DNA of 64,000 bases, from contig OZ243913.1 in assembly GCA_965213705.1 (NCBI GenBank), positions 1,984,001 to 2,048,000 on the forward strand, read 5' to 3'. The notes below the pieces were generated by a model. That model was not told where the DNA came from and did not search any database. It was given only the letters and a program-made list of their open reading frames with translations. How positions within the stretch are numbered: position 1 is the stretch's first letter; each line of letters opens with the position of its first letter. The stretch comes from Trueperaceae bacterium. Its GTDB lineage: Bacteria > Deinococcota > Deinococci > Deinococcales > Trueperaceae. The translations under genes and the position numbers were made by a program. Below, piece after piece: positions 39,679-49,013 of this stretch.

Positions 39679-39708
39679 TGCATCCAAACAACTACCACGC
39701 ACGTTACT
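39679..39708 (+). promoter_or_regulatory. ECF-type promoter, copy 3
   Basis: TGCATCCAAA-N13-CGTTACT upstream of the lipoprotein gene. Confidence 0.7.
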
Positions 39709-39836
39709 AGAAACAGGAAGGGAGAAAGTATCGACCTCGATTATGGACGATACCGCCGAACCGGCTCGAGCCCTGCAACACCGCTGGGTTCTTGACTCGA
39801 AACTCCTATAAAAACAACCAGGGAGGTTGTAAATAC

Positions 39837-42800
39837 ATGACCGATAGTCCAAAGAGACCGAACGCAGCAAGGCTGTGGAGCTTGCTGGTCACGCTGATAC
39901 TTTTGGTCGGCGTGCTCGCGGCCTGCTCCGGCGCACCGACGCCCGGCCCCGACCCCGACGCGCCCGCCATCAACATCACGGGGCCGTCCGAAGAGTCCGT
40001 GGTCAGCCAAGACAACGTGGTGGTGACCGGCGTCCTCAACGACAACGTGACCGCGATGAACTACGCGCTCAACGGCGGCCAAGGGCAAGACGTGGCGTTT
40101 TCGGACAACGAGTACGCCTTTCCCATCACGGGCCTGCTCAACGGTAAAAACGAAATCACCGTCACGGTGAGCAACGCCGACGGCGACACCGTCGTCGTCA
40201 TCATTATCATCATCTTCAACCCGGACGCCGGGGGCGACGTGGCCGACACCTTTTACGTGTCGAACAACGGCCCTCAAAATGCCGGCGAGGTGGACACCTT
40301 CGACGAGGACTTCGACCAGCAAAACACCTTTTTCTCAGGCAACAACGAGGGTGTAGACCTAGACCGTTTCGGCGACCTCTACCACGCGGGCGACGGCGAC
40401 AACGGCCCGAGCATCCGCATCGTTTCGCAGTTCTACCTGCGCGAAGGCGGCTCGTTCGACCCAAGCCAAGACCGCGAAATCAAGGGCGACCAGACCGGCC
40501 TCGTCGCGCCCAAGGGCATCGACCTCGCCGAAGACGAAGGGTTCATCCTCGTCGCCGACTTCGGGGCGGACCCGGGCAGCGACAACCTCAAAATCTTCAA
40601 CACCTCAGACAGCGGCGACGTATCGCCCGTGGGAACGACCAGTTTGGCGGTCAAACCCTGGGACCTGGCCTATGACGGCGAGAGCGACCGGCTGTTCGTC
40701 GCGCTGACCGACGGCACCGTGGCGGTGTTCGACCGCTACTTGCAACAAGGCGACTTCGGCAGTGACGGCCCCGACGCCGTTTTGACCCCGGTCGACCGCC
40801 GTGGCGACAAGATTTCCGACAACCTCCACGGAATCGCTTACGACGCGCTGAAAGACGCGCTCGTCGTGACCGACGTCGGTGACGCAGCCGTAGCTGACGA
40901 CGGCGGCATCTACGTGATTCACGACGCGGGCAAAGCGGGCAAACGGGACGGCAAGGTCATTCCGGGGCGCACGATTTTCGGCCCCGACACCCTGCTCGGC
41001 AACCCGGTGGACATCATCCTGAACGGCGACGAAGCGCGTGTGATGGAAAAGGCTGGGGACAAGCTGCTCGTCTTTGACAACATCTTCTACGGCAAAAGCG
41101 GCGAGGTCGAGCCCGACCTCGCGGTGAACGAAACGAAACCTGAGTCGATTGTGGCCGCGCGAGACGACTACGACGCCAAGCCGGGCCAGCCGAACCCGCC
41201 CGCCGGCGGGTTCGATTCCGACTTCGACCTGAACGTTTACCTGTCCAACAACGGCCCCGACAACGCAGGCGACGTTGACACCTTCGACGAAGCGTTCAAC
41301 CTCAAGGACACCTTTGTCTCGGGCAACAACGAAGGCGTGGACCTGGACGTGTTGGGCAACCTCTACCACGCGGGCGACGGCGACAACGGCCCGAGCATCC
41401 GCATCGTCTCGCAAATTCGCAACCGGGACGACGGCGGCATGTATCAGGACAACGTCGACCGCGAAATCAAAGGCGACAAGACCGGCCTGGTCGCGCCTAA
41501 AGGCTTCGACATCGCCGACGAAGCGGGTTACCTCATCGTCGCGGACTTTGGCGACAAAAACCTCAAGGTCTACGGTAGCGCCGCAGACGGCAACGTCGCG
41601 CCCGTCGCCGTGACGCAGGTGCCGGCGGCAGCTTGGGACGTCGCTTACGACTCCGTGCACGACCGGCTGTTCGCCGCCCTGACCGACGGCACGGTCGGCG
41701 TGTTCGACAGGTACTTGGAGAAAAGCTTCGGCGCGGGCGGCCCCACCAAAATCATCACGCCCGTCGACGACGGCGGTAAAAAAATCTCCACCAACCTCCA
41801 CGGCGTCGCCTACGCGCAAGACCGCAACACCCTCGTCGTGACCGACGTCGGTGACGCAGGTGTTGCCGACGACGGCAGCCTTTACGTGCTGAGCAACGCC
41901 AGCAGGATAAACGGCAAGGTCAAACCCGACCGCGTCGTCCGCGGCCCCGCAACGATGCTTGGCAACCCGGTGGACGTCATCCTGAACGGGGACGAGGCGC
42001 GCATCGCTGAAAAAGCGCGCGACAAGCTGCTGATTTTCGACAAAGTTTTCAGCGGCGACAGCGGCGACGTCGCGCCCGACCTGATGGTGGACGAGCTAAA
42101 ACCCGAATCGCTCGTGGCTGAGGACGCCGCCTTCAGGCTGACCAATCCCGACGTGACCGACGTCGACGACGGCGGCACGATGCTCGACGCCGTCTTTGCG
42201 ACCAGCAACGTGCCCGACGCCGGGACCGACTTCGTGGTCGGGCTCGAGCCCGACCTGTCGGGTCAGACCAGCACCTTCGATACAACCGGCGCGACGGTGA
42301 ACCCCGAAAACATCACCTTCGACCTCTCGGGCGACGCCTACGTCACCTTTGACAACGGCATGACGCCGAGTGAGGGCGGGATTCTGGTTGTTAACCGCTT
42401 GGCGGGTAGCCGTGACGGCGGTAACTTCGACGCCTCACGCGACCGCACCATCCAAGGCGACCAGACCGGCCTCGTCGCGCCGAAAGGCTTAGACGTGGTG
42501 AGTGCGAAGGGCCTCGCCATCGTTGCGGACTTTGGTGACAAGAACGTCAAAGTGTTCAGCACCCAGACCGGCGGCAACGTCGCGCCGCTTTACGTCACCA
42601 ATGACCTTGGCAGTGACACGCGCAGCGTCTGGGACCTCGACTACGACCCCGGCAACGACCGCCTGTTCGTCGCCGCGACCGACGGCACCGTACTCGTCTA
42701 CGACGACTACACGGACGGCGGGGGCGCGAGCGGCCCCACCCGCGTCATCACGCCGACCGTGAACGGCGCAAAAGCGTCGGTCAACCTTCACGGCGTCGTT

Positions 42801-43157
42801 CACGTCTCGTCGGCCGCCGGTTACAGCGGCGACGTGCTCATCTTGTCGGACGTGGGCGACGCGGCCAGCAACGCGGACGGCCAGCTTTTCACGCTCGAGG
42901 ACGCCGGCACCGCGAGCGGCAACGTGGCGGTAAGGGCGCAAATCGGCGGCCCCAACTCGACCCTGGGCAACCCGGTCGACATCACCTTCGACGGTGACAA
43001 CCTCTACGTCGCCGAAAAGACCAAGGACACCGTGCTGCGCTTTGACAACATCCTCAACCAAACGGGTCAAAAGGATGTCAGCCCGGACAAGTCTGTGAAA
43101 GTCGACAACGTCGAGTCGGTGGCGCTCGCGCCCGAGTACCTCACCGACTTCCGCTAA
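39837..43157 (+). CDS. Large acidic lipoprotein: Ig-like domain plus three tandem beta-propeller-like domains
   Basis: GGGAGG SD, lipobox VLAAC; three repeats of about 320 aa (GLVAPKG, VADFG, WD..YD..DRLF, NLHG, DVGDA, LGNPVD). Confidence 0.85.
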   Translation: MTDSPKRPNAARLWSLLVTLILLVGVLAACSGAPTPGPDPDAPAINITGPSEESVVSQDNVVVTGVLNDNVTAMNYALNGGQGQDVAFSDNEYAFPITGLLNGKNEITVTVSNADGDTVVVIIIIIFNPDAGGDVADTFYVSNNGPQNAGEVDTFDEDFDQQNTFFSGNNEGVDLDRFGDLYHAGDGDNGPSIRIVSQFYLREGGSFDPSQDREIKGDQTGLVAPKGIDLAEDEGFILVADFGADPGSDNLKIFNTSDSGDVSPVGTTSLAVKPWDLAYDGESDRLFVALTDGTVAVFDRYLQQGDFGSDGPDAVLTPVDRRGDKISDNLHGIAYDALKDALVVTDVGDAAVADDGGIYVIHDAGKAGKRDGKVIPGRTIFGPDTLLGNPVDIILNGDEARVMEKAGDKLLVFDNIFYGKSGEVEPDLAVNETKPESIVAARDDYDAKPGQPNPPAGGFDSDFDLNVYLSNNGPDNAGDVDTFDEAFNLKDTFVSGNNEGVDLDVLGNLYHAGDGDNGPSIRIVSQIRNRDDGGMYQDNVDREIKGDKTGLVAPKGFDIADEAGYLIVADFGDKNLKVYGSAADGNVAPVAVTQVPAAAWDVAYDSVHDRLFAALTDGTVGVFDRYLEKSFGAGGPTKIITPVDDGGKKISTNLHGVAYAQDRNTLVVTDVGDAGVADDGSLYVLSNASRINGKVKPDRVVRGPATMLGNPVDVILNGDEARIAEKARDKLLIFDKVFSGDSGDVAPDLMVDELKPESLVAEDAAFRLTNPDVTDVDDGGTMLDAVFATSNVPDAGTDFVVGLEPDLSGQTSTFDTTGATVNPENITFDLSGDAYVTFDNGMTPSEGGILVVNRLAGSRDGGNFDASRDRTIQGDQTGLVAPKGLDVVSAKGLAIVADFGDKNVKVFSTQTGGNVAPLYVTNDLGSDTRSVWDLDYDPGNDRLFVAATDGTVLVYDDYTDGGGASGPTRVITPTVNGAKASVNLHGVVHVSSAAGYSGDVLILSDVGDAASNADGQLFTLEDAGTASGNVAVRAQIGGPNSTLGNPVDITFDGDNLYVAEKTKDTVLRFDNILNQTGQKDVSPDKSVKVDNVESVALAPEYLTDFR

Positions 43158-43181
43158 CGTTTCAGCTTAGCTGAACTGTTC

Positions 43182-43217
43182 CCGGATACCGCGTCCTGCG
43201 CGGTGTCCGGCTTTTTG
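43182..43217 (+). terminator. Rho-independent terminator
   Basis: CCGGATACCGCG/CGCGGTGTCCGG stem followed by CTTTTTG. Confidence 0.75.
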
Positions 43218-43258
43218 TTGTCGGAGTTTACTTTGGAGTCTTTACTTGAATAAGGTGT

Positions 43259-44503
43259 TCAGGCGGCAAGCGCGGCAAGGGTTTGCGCCAGGGTCTGCAC
43301 GCCTTTTTCAATCGCTTCGGGCGAAACGTACTCGTCCGGGCGGTGGCTCACGCCGCCCCGGCAAGGAATAAAAATCATGCCGACCGGACACAGTCGCGCC
43401 ATAAAAAGCGTGTCGTGGTAGGCGCGGCTCACCATCGGTAAGCTGCCCAGACCGAGACTTTTGGCGGCGGCTTCGACGGCGTGAATCACCTCGGGCGCGC
43501 AAACTGCGGGCGGGTCGGCGTTCAGGACCTTTAGTTCAAGTCCGACGTTGCGACCTTCCGAGACCTCCTCCGCCGCCTTTTTGACACTTTCCACCACGCG
43601 GTCGCGCCGCGCCAAACTGGTGTCGCGGGCGTCGACGCTCATTGTCACGCGGCTCGGGATGCTGTTGACGGCGCGCGGATGCACGTCGAAAATACCGACC
43701 GTGGCGACCGTGTCGACGCTGCCGCTGCTGTGCGCGGCTTCTTCGGCGGCCAGGGCGATTTCAGCCCCGGCGAGGAGCGCGTCGCGGCGCTCCGGCATCA
43801 GCACCGCCCCGGCGTGCCCGCCGCTGCCCGTGAGGGTGAGGTGCAAGGTTGCCGGGGCCGCAATCGCGGTGACCACACCGATGTCCAAGCCTTTTTGTTC
43901 CAGGAGCGGTCCTTGCTCGATGTGCAGTTCGACGAAAGCGTGGTAAAAATCCTCGGCTAAGCGCACGTCTTCTAACCGCCCCGTAAAGCCGGCCGCGCGG
44001 CGCACGTCGTCCGGGTTGCGGCCGTCTTCGTCTGTGAGCTGCCGAACAGCGTCCGGACTGAGCGTGCCGGACATGGCCCTCGAGCCCAAACAGCCTATCC
44101 CGAAACGCGTCGGCTCCTCGCTCGTAAACAAGACGAGTTCGAGGCTGCGCCGCGGCGTAAAACCGCTTTCTTGCAACGCGCGAATCGCCTCGAGCCCGCC
44201 CAACACCCCGACCGTTCCGTCGTAGCGGCCAGAGTGGGGAATGGCGTCGATGTGCGACCCCGTGGCGACGGCGCTCGCTTCGGGTTCGCTGCCAACCCAA
44301 CGTGCGAACACGTTGCCGAGCGCGTCCTCACGCAGTTCGAAACCTGCTTCTCGACACAACGTTTTAAACCAAGCCCTGGCCGCCAAGTCCTGCGCGGTGT
44401 AGAGCACCCGCGTCACGGCGGGCGCGGGCGTGTCCGAAAAGGTGGCTAGGTGCTCGAGTTCGGCGCTCAGCCTAGTTGAATCGACCTCAACACCTTGAAT
44501 CAT
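43259..44503 (-). CDS. M20 amidohydrolase, ureidoglycolate/allantoate amidohydrolase type
   Basis: GSHID, GRYDG.VGVLG, FTSEEPTRFGIGCLGSR, ELHIEQGP, GHAG, MVSRAYHDTLFMAR, SH.PDE. Confidence 0.88.
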   Translation of the reverse strand: MIQGVEVDSTRLSAELEHLATFSDTPAPAVTRVLYTAQDLAARAWFKTLCREAGFELREDALGNVFARWVGSEPEASAVATGSHIDAIPHSGRYDGTVGVLGGLEAIRALQESGFTPRRSLELVLFTSEEPTRFGIGCLGSRAMSGTLSPDAVRQLTDEDGRNPDDVRRAAGFTGRLEDVRLAEDFYHAFVELHIEQGPLLEQKGLDIGVVTAIAAPATLHLTLTGSGGHAGAVLMPERRDALLAGAEIALAAEEAAHSSGSVDTVATVGIFDVHPRAVNSIPSRVTMSVDARDTSLARRDRVVESVKKAAEEVSEGRNVGLELKVLNADPPAVCAPEVIHAVEAAAKSLGLGSLPMVSRAYHDTLFMARLCPVGMIFIPCRGGVSHRPDEYVSPEAIEKGVQTLAQTLAALAA

Positions 44504-45951
44504 TCACCCAAAGCCTCTCTCGCTTTTTGCTCGAGTTCCGCCAACATATCATCTATAAGTCCTTGCACAAAAATAGCCAACCTCATCTGCACGGCGGCGC
44601 TGGGTTGAGGTAGCAGTTCTGATACGCGCACCTCAAACAAGCTTTTCTCTTTGGTGCTTCCGCCACGGGGGTCGGCAGTTTGGATGATGATGTCATCTTC
44701 AGTACCGCTGTTTTTTGGTACTGATACGGCATAAGCTCGCTGTAGGTAGATGTTCGTAGGTAGAGATTGGGTAGAGAGGTTAATGAATGCTCCCTTAATG
44801 CCTTGAATTTTCAAAGGCACTCTGTAGTTGGGGTACACAGGTTCATAAGAGCCTCCAAATCCATTGGCCTCTGCTTTCAAAATGCCATCACTATTGCTTG
44901 CTTGTCCCTTTAGCTCATTAGAGATTTTTTCATAAAATGACTGTGCCAAGTCTAAGGCCGCCTGGTCTATCTCGGCATGAGTGTAACCGCTTTGGGTGCG
45001 ATTCAAACTCCTCAAACCTTGTAAGCTTTCCTTCGATGAGCGGGGCTCGGCGGCGCGTAAGCTTTCTTCGACGAGTTGAACGGAATCCAGGGTTCGTTCC
45101 AAAACGAAATTGATAAAGGTTTGAGGCTTGCCTTGGTCGGCCTTCTCGAGCGCTTCGAGGTATTCGTCACGTTTTTCGAAGAGGATGAGGAGAGGAACCG
45201 ATTGTGCGCGGTAAGTAAAAACGGAAGCTAGGGCTCGAGCTACGCGGCCGTTGCCATCGGCAAAGGGGTGAATGACGACAAAAGCGTAATGTGCGTAGGA
45301 AGCTTGCAAAGCGGGGTGAGCGTTTACAAAGTTTTCTGAGCGAAGCTCTTGAATGAACCTGTACATTTCACTCGGTGTAATGTCGGCCGGAGCGTAGGCA
45401 TGAATGTCGCCACTCCGACCGCGCACGTGGTTGGGGGAGGACTTGTACTTGCCCTTTTTGAGCCGGACCTGTTGAGGGCCGATTTCGGTTATGGCACTAT
45501 ACGTTTCCTGATTGCGACACATAATTTCGTGCAGGCTGCGGATTGAAGCTTCGCTGATGGGCGTTTCTTCGGTAGCCAAGTTGAGAATGTATTCGTAGGC
45601 CTCGAGTTGCGCCTCGATGTAGCCGCGAGCCTCTTCACCTTTTTCTGCTAGGGCCGTTTCCCAAAAAGCGGCTTGGGTGGCGATGGTAAAGGTAAAGCCT
45701 CTGTCGACTTCGTACAAGCCTTCGATGGCCCCCGTGTCGACGGCGGCTGCGCGCCGGACGATGTCGTTCGCCTTTTTGAGCAATTCGGGGGAGGCTGTGT
45801 TCCGCCGCTGCTCCAACTGTTGAGTGTAGCGGTTCCACCTCGTCAGGTTGACTGGATATTTTGACCACGCCTCGAATGAGGGGAACGGCCTATAACTCGC
45901 GTCGATAGCACGAATGTCACCGGCAGTGAGCGACGTATTTTGTTCTGCCAT
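44500..45951 (-). CDS. Fic family protein with N-terminal inhibitory motif and a C-terminal extension of unknown function
   Basis: HPFADGNGRVAR catalytic motif; TGAIEG fits (S/T)xxxE(G/N). Confidence 0.9.
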   Translation of the reverse strand: MAEQNTSLTAGDIRAIDASYRPFPSFEAWSKYPVNLTRWNRYTQQLEQRRNTASPELLKKANDIVRRAAAVDTGAIEGLYEVDRGFTFTIATQAAFWETALAEKGEEARGYIEAQLEAYEYILNLATEETPISEASIRSLHEIMCRNQETYSAITEIGPQQVRLKKGKYKSSPNHVRGRSGDIHAYAPADITPSEMYRFIQELRSENFVNAHPALQASYAHYAFVVIHPFADGNGRVARALASVFTYRAQSVPLLILFEKRDEYLEALEKADQGKPQTFINFVLERTLDSVQLVEESLRAAEPRSSKESLQGLRSLNRTQSGYTHAEIDQAALDLAQSFYEKISNELKGQASNSDGILKAEANGFGGSYEPVYPNYRVPLKIQGIKGAFINLSTQSLPTNIYLQRAYAVSVPKNSGTEDDIIIQTADPRGGSTKEKSLFEVRVSELLPQPSAAVQMRLAIFVQGLIDDMLAELEQKAREALGE

Positions 45952-45954
45952 TTC

Positions 45955-46370
45955 TCAGTCTACCTCACTATCCCCATCAACTTTCTCGAATGCGAACACA
46001 TCCCGGTTCGTTTCTTTGTAGAGCAGGTAAGACGAGACTTCCGTCCCCAGCGCCCCGAACCACTGCGGGCAGTACGGCCCCAACCACAGCGCGTCGCCCG
46101 CTTGAACCGGATACCAGGCGTCCCCAAGTCGGTGGACAGCATCAGCAGGCCGTGCTCCATAAAGTGCGTCTCGGCGAAGGGTAGGGTCGCGCCGGGGCGA
46201 AAGTTCATGGTGTTCACCGCCAGGTCGAAGCGCGGGTCGCCGGGGGAATCTTTTGACGGTGACGTTGGCGTCGCCCAAAAACGGCTCGCCCGCAACCTCG
46301 GCCTCGTCGCCGACGACGATGGGCAGGGGCTCGTCAGTTTCCGACGGAATGAAGCGGCGTAGCCCAAGAT
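45955..46370 (-). pseudogene. allE: Truncated, frameshifted (S)-ureidoglycine aminohydrolase
   Basis: Cupin segments split over two frames: GEPFLGD..VKR / [34 protein letters not shown] / [40 protein letters not shown]-terminus missing. Confidence 0.8.
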
Positions 46371-46431
46371 TGGAACCCGAAAGAAAGCCGGCTCGACAAA
46401 CTTCCGGGCCCCCTTTCGGTAGACTGACCTG

Positions 46432-47658
46432 GTGACCGCTACCTCTCCAACCATCGTCGTCATCGGGGGCGGCGCGGCGGGCTTTTTCGCCGCCGTGACC
46501 TGCGCCGAGGCGAATCCGCAGGCCCACGTCACCCTCCTGGAAAGAAGCGGTCAACTCCTCTCCAAGGTACGCATTTCCGGCGGCGGTCGCTGCAACGTGA
46601 CGCATAGTCTGTTCGACCCCGCCCTGTTGGTCGAGAACTACCCGCGGGGCGGGCGCGCTCTGCGCGGGCCGCTGACCCGGTTCGGCCCTCGAGACACCGT
46701 GCAATGGTTCGCGGCGCGGGGCGTCGAACTGGTAGCCGAGGGCGACGGGCGGATGTTCCCCGTTACGAACAGTTCCGAGACGATTGTAGATTGTCTGCTC
46801 GAGGCGGCGAAAACAGCCGGGGTCGAGATTCGCACCAAGGCTGCCGTGGCTTCTCTCGAGAAGAATCGAGAAGGCTTCTCAGTCGAGTTGGCAACAGGCG
46901 AGCTTTTACAATGCGAGCGGTTACTGTTGGCGACCGGCAGTAATGCCAAAGCCTACGCCTGGGCGCAAGCGCTGGGCCACTCGGTCGAACCTCCGGCTCC
47001 GTCGCTGTTTACTTTCAACGTTACCGACCCGCGGCTCGAGGGTCTAGCCGGAATCTCGGTGCCTCACGCTCGAGTGCGGCTTGACGGGACGAAGCTCGAG
47101 CAGCGCGGCCCCCTGCTCATCACGCACTGGGGGCTGTCCGGCCCCGCCGTGCTCAAACTGTCGGCGTGGGGGGCTCGCGAGCTTCAGGCGCGCAACTACC
47201 GGACGCCGTTGGAAGTCAACTGGTTGGGAGACGTTCAGCCGGACGAGGTGAAGCGCACCCTAGCGGCGTTCAAAGAGGCCGAAGCCCGAAAAACGGTCGT
47301 GGCGAACAGCCCGGTCGCCGTGCCGCAGAGGTTGTGGCGGTCGTTGGTTCAGGCCGCCGGGATTCTCGAGTCCAAACGCTGGGCGGACGTGTCCAAGCTC
47401 GAGCTGACCCGGCTTGCCGACGAACTGAGCCGCGGCTGTTACCAAATCACCGGCAAAGGCGTGTTCAAAGAAGAGTTCGTGACCTGCGGCGGCGTGAGCT
47501 TAAACGAGGTGAATTTCAAAACGATGGAAAGCCGCCTTTGCCCCGGCCTTTACTTTGCCGGTGAGGTTTTGGACATCGACGGGGTGACGGGCGGGTTCAA
47601 CTTTCAAAGTGCCTGGGCGACGGGTTGGTTGGCGGGGCGGGCGATGGCTGATGGTTAG
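46432..47658 (+). CDS. HI0933/BaiN family flavoprotein
   Basis: [55 protein letters not shown]. Confidence 0.93.
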   Translation: MTATSPTIVVIGGGAAGFFAAVTCAEANPQAHVTLLERSGQLLSKVRISGGGRCNVTHSLFDPALLVENYPRGGRALRGPLTRFGPRDTVQWFAARGVELVAEGDGRMFPVTNSSETIVDCLLEAAKTAGVEIRTKAAVASLEKNREGFSVELATGELLQCERLLLATGSNAKAYAWAQALGHSVEPPAPSLFTFNVTDPRLEGLAGISVPHARVRLDGTKLEQRGPLLITHWGLSGPAVLKLSAWGARELQARNYRTPLEVNWLGDVQPDEVKRTLAAFKEAEARKTVVANSPVAVPQRLWRSLVQAAGILESKRWADVSKLELTRLADELSRGCYQITGKGVFKEEFVTCGGVSLNEVNFKTMESRLCPGLYFAGEVLDIDGVTGGFNFQSAWATGWLAGRAMADG

Positions 47659-47690
47659 GTGATTTGTGAGTGTTTGGAGAAGGAATTGCA

Positions 47691-48047
47691 ATGAGCAAAA
47701 TCAAAAGTTTTCCCAATAGCTTGATAGGTGAGCCGTGTAACGCAGTTTGCTTTGTCATGGATTACGTGCAATTCCAGTTTGATGAACAAGGTCTCACAAG
47801 TTTAAGCGACCCGATTATCCAAGTTGGTGCAAGTCGTTTCCAGTTTCCTCAAGAAGGTTCACGCGACGCTCTTTGCTCTCTGATAGGCAAAGAGGTTGAA
47901 GATATTTCAGTGGATGAGGCTTACGAAATTAGGTTTCTGTTTGCTTCCGGTGAAGTGCTTATCATTCCTTTAGATGAAAATAGGAGAACAGGGCCAGAGG
48001 CGGGATATTACTCCCCTGGCCCCAATCAGCCTATCGAAGTTTGGTAA
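47691..48047 (+). CDS. Hypothetical AT-rich protein (possibly immunity-like)
   Basis: AAGGA SD; lower GC; V.FVMDYVQF.FD...RDALC.LIG..V pattern. Confidence 0.6.
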   Translation: MSKIKSFPNSLIGEPCNAVCFVMDYVQFQFDEQGLTSLSDPIIQVGASRFQFPQEGSRDALCSLIGKEVEDISVDEAYEIRFLFASGEVLIIPLDENRRTGPEAGYYSPGPNQPIEVW

Positions 48048-48079
48048 CTACAGGCACTGAGCCGAATTTCTTCTGTCCT

Positions 48080-48205
48080 TCAGGCGAGCGGATACCCCCC
48101 GCCTCATACGCATCTTGCGCCAGCTCACGCCGCAGTTCGATAAGGTCTACGCCGTGCTCGGCCAGGTAAGTGTTCAGTTTGGGAATGTGGGTGTTGCCGC
48201 CACCG
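48080..48205 (-). pseudogene. Displaced, diverged copy of the 3' end of the acyl-CoA dehydrogenase gene
   Basis: Encodes GGGNTHIPKLNTYLAEHGVDLIELRRELAQDAYEAGGYPLA* versus GGGKHMGKLHAYLAEHGVDLIELRREAAQDAYEAGGYSLA* at 49014-49139. Confidence 0.9.
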
Positions 48206-48229
48206 AGGGCAAGCAGAAACCGGTTGCGG

Positions 48230-48637
48230 TCAGCCCTTTAAGTGAGCCAAAAAGTTAATGGGTGAAGCGATGGGCTTGCCCTCAAAATTGCTGAGAGCTA
48301 GGAGCGCTTTGTCACCTGTCACCAGTCCTTCGGCGTCGCTGTCACGCAGCATCGCCAAGAGGTAACGGTCTTTGGGGTCTTCGAATTCGGGGAAGGGCTG
48401 CCGGGGCCGCACCACCTCACTGAATGCTAAAAGGTCGCGAACAAACTGGGCGCGGTCTTCTGCTGTCAGGTAGGGTACAAACTTAGCGCGGCCCAACACG
48501 TCTTCGACCTCGGCGAGCAGGTAAGGACTCATGAGCGACGAAAACCGCTTGGCTCTCCAAGCGTCTTGTAACGGCTTCAAGGCGCGGCTACGCAGGGCGA
48601 AGCTTACCAGCACGTTGCTGTCGAGGACGACCAGCAT
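48230..48637 (-). CDS. PIN-domain toxin (putative TA toxin)
   Basis: VVLDSNVLVS, EVEDVLGRAKF, DPKDRYLL, LVTGDKALL. Confidence 0.9.
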   Translation of the reverse strand: MLVVLDSNVLVSFALRSRALKPLQDAWRAKRFSSLMSPYLLAEVEDVLGRAKFVPYLTAEDRAQFVRDLLAFSEVVRPRQPFPEFEDPKDRYLLAMLRDSDAEGLVTGDKALLALSNFEGKPIASPINFLAHLKG

Positions 48638-48640
48638 AGC

Positions 48641-48943
48641 TCAGGCGCTCGAGTCCCCTTTGGCGTGGCGCTCGGCGCGTACGTTTTGAACTTCCTCGAG
48701 GATCATCTCGTCCATCTCCTCGTCGGTGACGCCCTCGGCTCGCCACGCGGCCTCGGCTTTTTCGGCGATGGCGGCCATGCGGGTAAAAGCGGCGGCGCGG
48801 TCACTGACCTGTTTAGGTGTGTAGACGAGGCGGCCGTCTTCGACCTGGGCTTCCAAGATGTCACCCTCGCCGATTTGCAAAACGTCCCGAACTTCTCGCG
48901 GAATAACCACCTGGAACTTTTTTTTGACCGTCACGAGCGGCAT
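48641..48943 (-). CDS. AbrB/MazE/SpoVT family antitoxin
   Basis: VKKKFQVVIPREVRDVLQIGEGDILE. Confidence 0.9.
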   Translation of the reverse strand: MPLVTVKKKFQVVIPREVRDVLQIGEGDILEAQVEDGRLVYTPKQVSDRAAAFTRMAAIAEKAEAAWRAEGVTDEEMDEMILEEVQNVRAERHAKGDSSA

Positions 48944-48961
48944 GGTTTTGTCTCCTTTTTA

Positions 48962-48989
48962 TAAACGGTTTAGGCGATGAACCGTTCAT
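48962..48989. promoter_or_regulatory. Tandem palindromic operators upstream of the TA operon
   Basis: TAAAC-G-GTTTA and ATGAAC-C-GTTCAT. Confidence 0.6.
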
Positions 48990-49013
48990 AGGTTAACGCA
49001 TGGGAGTAGGCTG

